A stretch of 32,000 nt of DNA from contig NZ_CP064923.1 of the NCBI RefSeq assembly GCF_018336915.1, forward strand, positions 480,001 through 512,000. The letters run 5' to 3'. This document shows, in pieces, positions 19,350 through 25,841 of this stretch. The DNA is from Acaryochloris marina S15. Lineage in GTDB: Bacteria; Cyanobacteriota; Cyanobacteriia; Thermosynechococcales; Thermosynechococcaceae. The translations under genes and the position numbers were made by a program. The notes beneath the pieces were generated by a model, which saw nothing but the letters and a program-made list of their open reading frames with translations, was not told where the DNA came from and did no database searches. Positions within the stretch are counted from its first letter, which is position 1. Each line of letters starts with the position of its first letter.

Positions 19350-20162
19350 ATGCTAGACCCGTTGTTTGAACTCTCTCCCCAGGTCAGTCTCGACACCGCA
19401 CTCATTATTTTTATTTTGATTGCCTTAGAGGCCGTGCTGTCAGCTGATAATGCGATCGCATTAGCGGCATTGGTCAAAGGACTGGAGGATGAAGAGCTTC
19501 AGAGCCGTGCTTTAAATATTGGCTTGTTGGCCGCCTTTGCCATGCGGATGCTGCTGATTTTTACAGCAACCTGGGTGATTCGGTTTTGGCAATTTGAGCT
19601 TTTGGGCGCTTGCTATTTGTTATGGCTAGCGTTTCAGTATTTCTTCAGAGAAGATGACGAGAATCATCATCATGGCCCCAAGTTTGCCTCTCTCTGGCAG
19701 GCCATTCCAGTGATTGCTGTCACAGACCTGGCTTTTTCTCTGGATAGCGTGACTACTGCGATTGCCCTATCGGATGAGCGCTGGTTGGTGCTGACGGGCG
19801 GTATTTTTGGTATTATCACCCTCCGATTTATGGCAGGGCTCTTTATTAAATGGCTGGAAGAGTATGTCCATCTGCAGGATGCTGGATATTTAACGGTTGT
19901 ATTGGTGGGATTCCGGCTACTGCTCAAAGTCATTAATGATGATTTTGTGCCCCCCCAATGGTCGATGATTCTGGCGATTGCTTTGATCTTTGCTTGGGGA
20001 TTTTCCAAAAAACGCAACCCCGACGATCCAGAATTTCACAACCCATTAGAGGTAGATGCGGATCGACCTGAATTGGCCAATGAAGTTAGCGATTTTATTC
20101 AAGAAGTCCGGGATCTATCTCAACCGGATCCTAAGCCTCAAGCTGCGAATGAGCAGATTTAG
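19350..20162 (+). CDS. TerC family integral membrane protein
   Basis: 270 aa and polytopic. TerC signature LSADNAIALAALV, with the second half-repeat DLAFSLDSVTTAIAL. Confidence 0.85.
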   Translation: MLDPLFELSPQVSLDTALIIFILIALEAVLSADNAIALAALVKGLEDEELQSRALNIGLLAAFAMRMLLIFTATWVIRFWQFELLGACYLLWLAFQYFFREDDENHHHGPKFASLWQAIPVIAVTDLAFSLDSVTTAIALSDERWLVLTGGIFGIITLRFMAGLFIKWLEEYVHLQDAGYLTVVLVGFRLLLKVINDDFVPPQWSMILAIALIFAWGFSKKRNPDDPEFHNPLEVDADRPELANEVSDFIQEVRDLSQPDPKPQAANEQI

Positions 20163-20214
20163 GTTTGTCGCCTGCTTCGATCTATTACAGCCATTAGACT
20201 TTGACTGTAAATAG

Positions 20215-20877
20215 TCAGTGCTTCCTTGGCTGATAGCGAGAGTAGACGAGCAGATATCCCAAGATTTGTAAGCCGCCTCCAGTCAGGCCAACCCCCAGAA
20301 TGACGGGAAATGAGCTGGAGAGGGTCAGCCACCAACCGTCTGAAATTAAGACATCCTCTTGGCGTTGGTTAATCTGACGATAGGTGATGCGCCTCGGCCA
20401 CTCTTTTAGTCTGTAGCGATATGGGCCAATGGCAGTGGTTTGGGGTTTAGATATCTGGCAAAACCTGGGGAGTGGTTGATCGTCAATCCAGATGAATTTC
20501 CCTTGTTGCAGTTTGTAGAACGGCTTTTTGAAATAGGGCGTGACTAAAAGCATTGGATGCTCTCCCCCACCACAAAGTGTCAGCCCTCCCTTAATGGTGG
20601 GGGTGGCAATGCTGGTTTGAAACGTGCCATTGGTATCGAAAACTTGGATGCGCCCTAACATCTGAGAGAACACATACAGCTGCTTTTGGTCGTCGGCATT
20701 GTGGAGTGCGATCGCAGATGCCCCCACCAACGGAGCAGGTTGATTAAGAGGCGTTCGTTGAAGCAGAATTCCTTGGGTGACACAGAACGCCATTAGGCTG
20801 ATTAACCCCCAGCTACACACCCACATCACTCTTAGATAGAAGGGCTGCTGTTGAGATGTTCGATTGAGGCGTCTCAT
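20215..20877 (-). CDS. Hypothetical membrane-anchored protein
   Basis: 220-aa ORF with an N-terminal TM (VMWVCSWGLISLMAFCV) and a C-terminal TM (FPVILGVGLTGGGLQILGYLLV). Its ATG overlaps the cobB stop (ATGA, 20877-20874). Confidence 0.55.
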   Translation of the reverse strand: MRRLNRTSQQQPFYLRVMWVCSWGLISLMAFCVTQGILLQRTPLNQPAPLVGASAIALHNADDQKQLYVFSQMLGRIQVFDTNGTFQTSIATPTIKGGLTLCGGGEHPMLLVTPYFKKPFYKLQQGKFIWIDDQPLPRFCQISKPQTTAIGPYRYRLKEWPRRITYRQINQRQEDVLISDGWWLTLSSSFPVILGVGLTGGGLQILGYLLVYSRYQPRKH

Positions 20878-21596
20878 GTCAGTAAGGTAGGGAGGATCTC
20901 TTCTGCTACACCCACAATGACCTCGTGAAAATAGGGGTTGGGTTCTGATGGGGCTTCCCGATTAATCAGAATCGTGCGGGCTCCAACATAATCGGCTGAG
21001 CGAACAAAACTGGCGGCGGGCTGCACCGTGCCAGAGGTGCCAATCGCTAGAAATAAATCACAATCTCGAAGGACCTTTTTGCTGTGCCAAGATGCATCTA
21101 AGGGCATGGGTTTTTCGAATAAGACGACATTGGGTAACTGATGGGCATGGCAGATGGAGCATTGAGGGATCTGATCGATATGGGTGGCTTGATCTGCAAA
21201 GACAGGGGCATCGCAGGCAGCATTAGAGCACCGGGTCTCTAGGAGTGATCCATGCAGTTCCACAACGTTTTGGCTGCCCGCCCGTTGGTGTAGTCCGTCA
21301 ATATTTTGGGTGATCAGGGTGAAGTGTTGAGATGAATTCCAATTTTGTTCTAGATCCGCCAGGGCTTGGTGAGCCGCATTGGGAATCGCCGACGCCACAA
21401 CTTCGCGCATAGCCCCCAGGGTTTGCCAAATAAAACTAGGATTATTTTGCCCAGCATCGGCATTGAGCTGATCAGCCGAAATTTCGTTCCAGACTCCGTT
21501 CGGCCCCCGAAAAGGACGAATCCCTGAGGCAACAGAAATCCCGGCGCCCGTCAGAATAACAATGCGTGAGTAGGCCGCTAAATTTAGATCAACCAT
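20874..21596 (-). CDS. cobB: NAD-dependent protein deacylase, Sir2 family
   Basis: Sirtuin motifs GAGISVASGIRPFRG, TQNIDGLH and HG. Zn-ribbon Cys pairs (CSNAAC...CSIC) and GTSGTVQPA. Confidence 0.9.
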   Translation of the reverse strand: MVDLNLAAYSRIVILTGAGISVASGIRPFRGPNGVWNEISADQLNADAGQNNPSFIWQTLGAMREVVASAIPNAAHQALADLEQNWNSSQHFTLITQNIDGLHQRAGSQNVVELHGSLLETRCSNAACDAPVFADQATHIDQIPQCSICHAHQLPNVVLFEKPMPLDASWHSKKVLRDCDLFLAIGTSGTVQPAASFVRSADYVGARTILINREAPSEPNPYFHEVIVGVAEEILPTLLT

Positions 21597-21655
21597 GGGT
21601 TCCTAGACCTCTGGCAATATTCATTTCACGATGTGCTAATGTTGGCTTCCACCCC

Positions 21656-21780
21656 TTAAGCTGCAAGAGATAACTCGTCGTTATAGAGGGTTGCAATCAA
21701 GTTACACCGAAGGGAGTAGCGACGGCGACGATTGCGATAGCGCTTGGACAGAATTCTGAAAATCTTCAGACTGGGGTTCA
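21656..21780 (-). pseudogene. Transposase C-terminal remnant (DDE_Tnp_4 / IS5-Harbinger-like)
   Basis: The minus frame ends ...LKIFRILSKRYRNRRRRYSLRCNLIATLYNDELSLAA*. The FRIL..RYRNRR.R..LR.NLIA..YN.EL block is the C-terminal signature I associate with this transposase family. No catalytic domain is present upstream, where the frame instead runs into the VOC gene and attC. Confidence 0.45.
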
Positions 21781-21806
21781 GAGCCGTTTGCAACCAGATG
21801 TTAGGC
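21781..21806 (-). other. attC-6, truncated (only the R''/L'' half)
   Basis: The minus strand reads GAG GCC TAA C: a GCCTAAC box containing the VOC stop codon, as in other cassettes. No partner GTTRRRY arm follows, and the transposase remnant begins about 20 nt later. Confidence 0.35.
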
Positions 21807-22181
21807 CTCCGTCTCATGGCAGACCACTTCGATGTTATGCCCGTCGGGGTCAAGAATGAATGCTGCATAGTACTGACTGCTGTACTGAGGACGCAGGCCT
21901 GGCGGTCCGTTGTCCTGCCCGCCCGCGCTCAGAGCGGCGTAATAGAACGCATCGACCTGGTGCCGGCTTTCGGCGACGAATGCTATGTGTAGATGCGCGG
22001 GCTTCTCGTCTGTTTGGTGCAGGCACAGTGAACTCTTGCCTGTTGGCTGACTCAATTCAGAACCGTTTGGAGGCCAATCGGTGACAACAGTCACTCCAAT
22101 AGGTTCGAGCGCTTTCAAGTAGAAGATTTTGCTCATCGCAAAGTCGCGAACGCCGAACTTGATATGGTCAAACACAAGCAC
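21801..22181 (-). CDS. VOC family protein (glyoxalase/bleomycin-resistance/dioxygenase fold), cassette 6
   Basis: Reads ...VFDHIKFGVRDF...HIAFVAESRHQVDAFY...ILDPDGHNIEVV. The track's ATG at 22256 lies inside attC-5. In-frame GTG codons at 22181 and 22175 (the latter with AGAGG 5 nt upstream) lie inside the cassette and give the usual N-terminus. Confidence 0.8.
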   Translation of the reverse strand: MLVFDHIKFGVRDFAMSKIFYLKALEPIGVTVVTDWPPNGSELSQPTGKSSLCLHQTDEKPAHLHIAFVAESRHQVDAFYYAALSAGGQDNGPPGLRPQYSSQYYAAFILDPDGHNIEVVCHETEA

Positions 22182-22210
22182 CTCTGTTCTTATTCGCCGG
22201 GAGAGAGATG

Positions 22211-22303
22211 GCCTAACGGTTTGCTTCACCGGCGCGAGCAAGAACCTAAAATACAAAGCAGATAAGTGATTATTGAGTGTCCGTGTGCAGGCATGGGTTA
22301 GAT
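22211..22303 (-). other. attC-5 recombination site
   Basis: Minus strand: ATCTAAC (22303->22297) ... GTTAGGC (22217->22211). The arms are partly complementary (TGCtTCACCGG / CCGTGTGCAGGCA). The left-arm block CGGCGCGAGC is shared with attC-1 and attC-4. Confidence 0.6.
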
Positions 22304-22323
22304 ATTCTTATAACAGATTCAAG

Positions 22324-22533
22324 TTAGATTAAATCCTCCTCAGAGAGTTGAGCGATTTTCATTAAAGCTTTCAAAGTTCTAATCTTTAAATCTCGATTCT
22401 TGTGAACTGGGATTGATAGAATTCCATCGACGTCAGCTTTTGCATAAATATGATGACTACCAGTTACTCTTTTTAAAGTCCAACCTTTTCGCTCCAAAAT
22501 TTTGCAAAATCGTTTACCTGAAACAGATCTCAT
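22324..22533 (-). CDS. hicA: Type II toxin-antitoxin system HicA family toxin, cassette 5
   Basis: 69 aa. YcfA/HicA pattern (ILERKGWTLKRVTGSHHIY). 4-nt overlap with the upstream hicB. Confidence 0.85.
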   Translation of the reverse strand: MRSVSGKRFCKILERKGWTLKRVTGSHHIYAKADVDGILSIPVHKNRDLKIRTLKALMKIAQLSEEDLI

Positions 22534-22733
22534 ACAGCAATTTCAACTACTTGATCAGGTGATTGAGTCACCTGACGCTCATTAGCAACATCAAGCCAGC
22601 CCTCAATAGCGTCCCTCAAGTTATTTATCACTTCGTCTTTTGTATCCCCTTCAGTAATACAACCAGGAAGTGCAGGAACTTCTGCCCAATAACCTCCTTC
22701 CTCTGCTGAATGGATAACTGCTTTAATCTTCAT
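22530..22733 (-). CDS. hicB: HicB-like (UPF0150) antitoxin, cassette 5
   Basis: 67 aa. MKIKAVIHSAEEGGYWAEVPALPGCITEGDTKDEVINNLRDAIEGWL is the typical HicB N-terminal fold signature. No C-terminal DNA-binding domain is present. Confidence 0.8.
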   Translation of the reverse strand: MKIKAVIHSAEEGGYWAEVPALPGCITEGDTKDEVINNLRDAIEGWLDVANERQVTQSPDQVVEIAV

Positions 22734-22751
22734 AAAATCACTGATTTAACA

Positions 22752-22779
22752 ACATTAACTTCAAATATATTTAAGGCAA
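22752..22779 (-). promoter_or_regulatory. Candidate cassette-internal promoter for hicBA
   Basis: Minus strand: TTGCCT (22779->22774), 16 nt, TAATGT (22757->22752), about 20 nt upstream of the hicB ATG. This is pattern match only. Confidence 0.3.
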
Positions 22780-22829
22780 TCGAATAAACTAATGTATCTG
22801 CGTGGTAAAAGGTTTCAGACAAGTGTGAT

Positions 22830-22920
22830 GGCTAACGGTAGCTGTCAAGGGCGCGAGTAGCAATTGAGAAGAGTTATGTAGCAGTCTAAATCGAGCGTCC
22901 CTTATACGGCGTTGTTAGTC
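22830..22920 (-). other. attC-4 recombination site
   Basis: Minus strand: GACTAAC (22920->22914) ... GTTAGCC (22836->22830). Arm pairing is AAGGGCGCGAG with CTCGAGCGTCCCTT, leaving two unpaired bases on one arm. Confidence 0.7.
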
Positions 22921-22953
22921 ATGAGTAAATACAATTTAGTTGAGGCTAAAGAA

Positions 22954-23142
22954 TTACTGACTTTTTGAGGTTTGGTATCCGCGATCTTCAATAATTGATA
23001 GCTCATACGAGTATTTATCGCACCAGACACCAATATCTTGATACCCTTTAGCGAGAGAATCCAATAGTTCTAAGATTATCTTGAATTTTTCGCCTGAGAC
23101 ACAGTTCTCCAGCTCATCAAGAGTTACTTCTTGGTAGCTCAT
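22954..23142 (-). CDS. Hypothetical small acidic protein, cassette 4 (second gene)
   Basis: 62-aa ORF. Its ATG lies 3 nt after the stop of the preceding 47-codon ORF. No family recognised. Confidence 0.5.
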   Translation of the reverse strand: MSYQEVTLDELENCVSGEKFKIILELLDSLAKGYQDIGVWCDKYSYELSIIEDRGYQTSKSQ

Positions 23143-23145
23143 GCT

Positions 23146-23289
23146 TTATTGCCACCAAAAACGCATAAGGTATCGGCATTCTTCTTGTATGCGGTCATCA
23201 GCTAACCGATATTGCACAATGTTTTGAACAGCACAACGTTGTTCATCGTCTCGAAAATAGCTCTTTAAGTTTAGGAAGTTAACTGTCAT
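23146..23289 (-). CDS. Hypothetical small protein, cassette 4 (first gene)
   Basis: The track ORF 23146-23373 starts inside attC-3. The first ATG inside the cassette is 23289, 8 nt after the GTTAGTC box, giving MTVNFLNLKSYFRDDEQRCAVQNIVQYRLADDRIQEECRYLMRFWWQ (47 aa). Confidence 0.45.
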   Translation of the reverse strand: MTVNFLNLKSYFRDDEQRCAVQNIVQYRLADDRIQEECRYLMRFWWQ

Positions 23290-23297
23290 GGATGTAA

Positions 23298-23360
23298 GAC
23301 TAACGCCTCGCATCAGCGGCTGAGGTAGGCTCGTAGCGCTTGCCGAATCGTTTGTTATGT
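23298..23360 (-). other. attC-3 recombination site (short, 63 bp)
   Basis: Minus strand: ACATAAC (23360->23354) ... GTTAGTC (23304->23298). The arms CAAGCGCTACGAG and CTCAGCCGCTG pair with bulges. It lies between the stop at 23374 and the next ATG at 23289. Confidence 0.55.
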
Positions 23361-23549
23361 GGCATTGCTGCATTCACTCTTCTAGCCACTTCAAATATTT
23401 TGAAAGTTTAACTTCAAACTCAGCTATGGATAAGCAAGCGCCTTCTGCCATTACCGTAGTTTTTTCGGTTTCAATATTTATTATTTCCATATTCAAACAT
23501 ATCGCATGGTCCCATGCTGTAATTCTCGAAATATAAAAATCGGTATCTA

Positions 23550-24503
23550 TAGCAGTCGCCACTCTAATTAGGACGCTAGGTTCAACACATGTTCCATTGC
23601 TTCTCTAAGTGAACTGAAGTGCTCTAATTGGTGTCTAATTCGACTTTTAATCCAAGCCCACGACCGTTCAATCTTATTCAAATCAGGAGAATAGGGTGGC
23701 AAGTACCACACTTCACATCCTGCGGCTTCTACCAGTTGCTCAATTCGCCCTTCCTTATGGAAGGTGGCATTATCAATGACTAACTTCTGCCCCGGTTTGA
23801 GCATCGGTATCAAACAAGTCTCAAGCCAAATTTCAAATACGGTGCGATTGCAAGCCCCTTCAATCGTGAACGGGGCCATGAGCTGCTTTCCTCTCAAAGC
23901 TGCAATCATATTGACTCGTCCACTTCTGCTACCAGACTTTAAAGCATAGACCCGCTCACCTTTGGGACCATAGCCATAGTCATACTCATCTCGATTGTCC
24001 ATCCCTGACTCGTCAGCATAGACGATATCGTCTGGGTCTACTGTTGTTAACTTTTGGACGAACTCAGCCCGTTTGTGCTCATCACGTTGGCGGTAGCCAT
24101 AGGTCTTTTTTTTCGAGTAAATCCAATATTCTTCAGCGCTCTTGAAATAGTACGCTCACTGATTTGCCCCTCCCACAACTCGGCCATCTGAGCTTGGGTT
24201 TTATAGCGATGTTCTTGAGCAAAAGCTCGAAACTTGTCCCAGTCTGTGATTTTGTGGCTATGGCCAAGGTGTTGTCTAGGGATGGGATGAAGATCACCTG
24301 TTTCTGCTTTGAGACGTTGCCATAGATTAATGGTGTTACGACTGATATGAAAGGTGTCACTCGCTTCTGAGGGAGGCATGCCATCAAGTTCAATAGCATC
24401 GATCACTTTGCAACGTAAATCGTAGCTGTAGATTTTAGGCATCCATTGAAAGACATAACAGTATCTCTAGTTTATTATGTCCTGAATAAAATGGCGCTTG
24501 CTA
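23550..24503 (-). mobile_element. IS630-family insertion sequence, ISY100-like (954 bp) with TA target-site duplication
   Basis: Imperfect terminal inverted repeats: TAGCAGTCGCCACTCTAATTAGGAC versus the reverse complement TAGCAAGCGCCATTTTATTCAGGAC (18 of 25 match). It is flanked by TA at 23548-49 and 24504-05. It encodes an HTH + DDE transposase in two frames. Confidence 0.85.
23568..24442 (-). CDS. IS630 family transposase (two frames joined by a -1 shift on an A8 run)
   Basis: Frame 1 (24442->) reads MPKIYSYDLRCKVIDAIELDG...IGFTRKK (HTH). A -1 slip on A AAA AAA (complement of T8 at 24106-24113) continues KTYGYRQRDEHKRAEFVQKLTTVDPDDIVYADESGMDNRDEYDYGYGPKGERV...DNATFHK...LPPYSPDLNKIERSWAWIK (DDE). 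Confidence 0.85.
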
Positions 24504-24641
24504 TAAGTCTACATAAGCAGAACCATGTCCTGTGTCAGTAAATTTTATTTCGTTGCATTTTAAGCAGAATAATTCCTGGTTATGCTCGAACCAAGATTTA
24601 AGAATTCTTACTGGCACTGATTCATCGTAGTGTCTCATGCC

Positions 24642-24732
24642 ACATAACGACCCACATCACCGGGCGGCCGCCAGAGACGTGGATTTCAGATGATGCACCC
24701 GACGGCCGCTCCGGTGCATGTGATTGTTATGT
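24642..24732 (-). other. attC-2 recombination site
   Basis: Minus strand: ACATAAC (24732->24726) ... GTTATGT (24648->24642). The arms CACATCACCGGGCGGCCG and CGGCCGCTCCGGTGCATGTG pair over about 18 bp, with two extra bases on one arm only. Confidence 0.8.
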
Positions 24733-24738
24733 TGCTTT

Positions 24739-25218
24739 TCAGAAGGCGATTGGTTTCTGGAGTTCAAGCGCGCAGTTTACCAGTTCGGTCAATTGGCCGC
24801 GAAACGTATCCAAGTATTGTTGGTCTTCTTCGTTGTCGCATGCGACTGAGCTGAAGTGTGCAAGTTCTTCGCGCACCAGATTAACTTGTTGAAGCGTTAA
24901 GTAGTCTCCGCCGTGGATGCCGTTGTAAATGACCTTGGAAAGGATCGTCGGAAACTTCTCGGCGTTCCGTTGAAGTGTTTCTCGGAGAAACGCCACAAAC
25001 GCGATGTTACCGATGTAATGATGCAGGAAAGTGCAATCTTCGTGATCGCAGGCTTGCTGGTGAGTCCACGCATAAATGGCGATAGCTGCATCGACGGTTT
25101 CGTGCGCACAGTTGATTGATCCGTCGGGGGAGACTTCGATTTCGATGCCCTGCGGCGGTGGTGTTTTGTGCCGTCCGGTTTCGTAGCAGTTGCAGTAGAC
25201 GAACGCATCCAATCCCAT
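24739..25218 (-). CDS. Hypothetical Cys/His-rich protein, cassette 2
   Basis: The track ORF starts at 25260, inside attC-1. The first ATG inside the cassette is 25218 (MGLDAFVYCNCYETGRHK...). 159 aa, visibly GC-richer than its neighbours, no family recognised. Confidence 0.6.
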   Translation of the reverse strand: MGLDAFVYCNCYETGRHKTPPPQGIEIEVSPDGSINCAHETVDAAIAIYAWTHQQACDHEDCTFLHHYIGNIAFVAFLRETLQRNAEKFPTILSKVIYNGIHGGDYLTLQQVNLVREELAHFSSVACDNEEDQQYLDTFRGQLTELVNCALELQKPIAF

Positions 25219-25242
25219 TGTGGTTTCAACTACGCCTTTGCA

Positions 25243-25336
25243 ACATAACGGCTCGGCCATCAGGAGCGCGACCGAATATATTTAAAGAGAAGCTGAGGCG
25301 TTTTAGTCGAGCGTCCCTTGCATGTGCTGGTTAGAC
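25243..25336 (-). other. attC-1 recombination site
   Basis: Minus strand: GTCTAAC (25336->25330) ... GTTATGT (25249->25243). It shares the blocks GGAGCGCGAC / GTCGAGCGTCCCTT with attC-4. Confidence 0.7.
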
Positions 25337-25386
25337 AACACTGGCACTGTGAGCGAGGATTCTTACAAGTTTCGATATCAGGAAAC

Positions 25387-25758
25387 TTAAATCCAGCGTC
25401 CAAATCTAAAAATATCTTGACAAGATATATATTCAATAACCCATGAACGATCTGAGGCAACTATTAGAACATCTTTTTGATAGAAATACCGTTCTGGTTT
25501 ATTCCGTAGTGAACTCCAATCTATATGCTCCAATGCGGACCATGTATGATCAACAAGAATTGCTTTAACGGAAGCTTCAATATTTTTGGACTGTAACCAA
25601 GAGGTCAGTTTTTGATAATGCCCTTGATCCTCTCTTACAGCTAATATCCACTCACTCGTTTCATCAACTCCATATTCCCACTTAACCTCATGTAAATGAT
25701 GCTCCACAAGTTTTCTGAGATCTCGAAGTCGCAGCGCTGGATTGAGGAGATCTACCAT
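25387..25758 (-). CDS. Hypothetical protein, cassette 1
   Basis: 123 aa from ATG 25758 (the track uses TTG 25767). The ATG lies 9 nt after the GTTAGAC junction box. No family recognised. Confidence 0.6.
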   Translation of the reverse strand: MVDLLNPALRLRDLRKLVEHHLHEVKWEYGVDETSEWILAVREDQGHYQKLTSWLQSKNIEASVKAILVDHTWSALEHIDWSSLRNKPERYFYQKDVLIVASDRSWVIEYISCQDIFRFGRWI

Positions 25759-25767
25759 ATCAAGCAA

Positions 25768-25841
25768 GTCTAACTATAATTAGAAGGCAAATTGCCTCTT
25801 GACACGAAAAAAATAAGAGCTAATTTTCGTCTCAAAGCCAA
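25768..25841 (-). other. attI-like region (junction core GTTAGAC; simple site about 25768-25785)
   Basis: Minus strand: TCTAA-ttatag-TTAGAC, an inverted pair around a 6-nt spacer that ends in a GTTRRRY box directly upstream of cassette 1. The adjacent palindrome AGGCAAaTTGCCT is at 25785-25797. Opposed promoter-like hexamers lie in 25799-25841. Confidence 0.5.

Larger units (their letters stand above)
23374..24638 (-). pseudogene. Cassette 3 ORF (102 codons, unknown function) interrupted by an IS element
   Basis: The N-terminal part 24638->24504 reads MRHYDESVPVRILKSWFEHNQELFCLKCNEIKFTDTGHGSAYVDL. The C-terminal part 23547->23374 reads DTDFYISRITAWDHAICLNMEIINIETEKTTVMAEGACLSIAEFEVKLSKYLKWLEE*. 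Deleting 23550-24503 and one TA copy joins the two parts in frame. The ATG lies 3 nt after the GTTATGT box of attC-2. Confidence 0.75.

Noticed and set aside
21656-21868. A 70-aa track ORF, considered as an intact gene.
   Set aside because: Only its last ~40 codons resemble a transposase C-terminus. The upstream part overlaps the VOC gene and attC-6 on the same strand, so I treat it as a remnant.
22182-22256. ATG-initiated N-terminal extensions of three cassette ORFs in the track (22256 for the VOC gene, 25260 for cassette 2, 23373 for the 75-aa ORF).
   Set aside because: Each extension is encoded by the preceding attC palindrome (22211-22303, 25243-25336, 23298-23360). It would cross the GTT recombination point, so it cannot belong to the mobile unit. 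Internal starts inside the cassettes give sensible N-termini.
23374-23562. A stand-alone 62-aa ORF starting with GTG at 23562.
   Set aside because: The GTG and the first four codons lie inside the IS630 terminal repeat. The ORF is the 3' half of a cassette gene split by the IS.
25799-25841. Face-to-face promoter-like hexamers in the attI region. On the + strand: TTGACA (25799-25804), 16 nt, TAATTT (25821-25826). On the minus strand: TTGGCT (25841->25836), 17 nt, TCTTAT (25818->25813). These would be candidate Pint and Pc.
   Set aside because: They are pattern matches in AT-rich DNA with mediocre -10 elements. The + strand one lies more than 200 nt from the intI start. They are worth testing but are not supported well enough to annotate.
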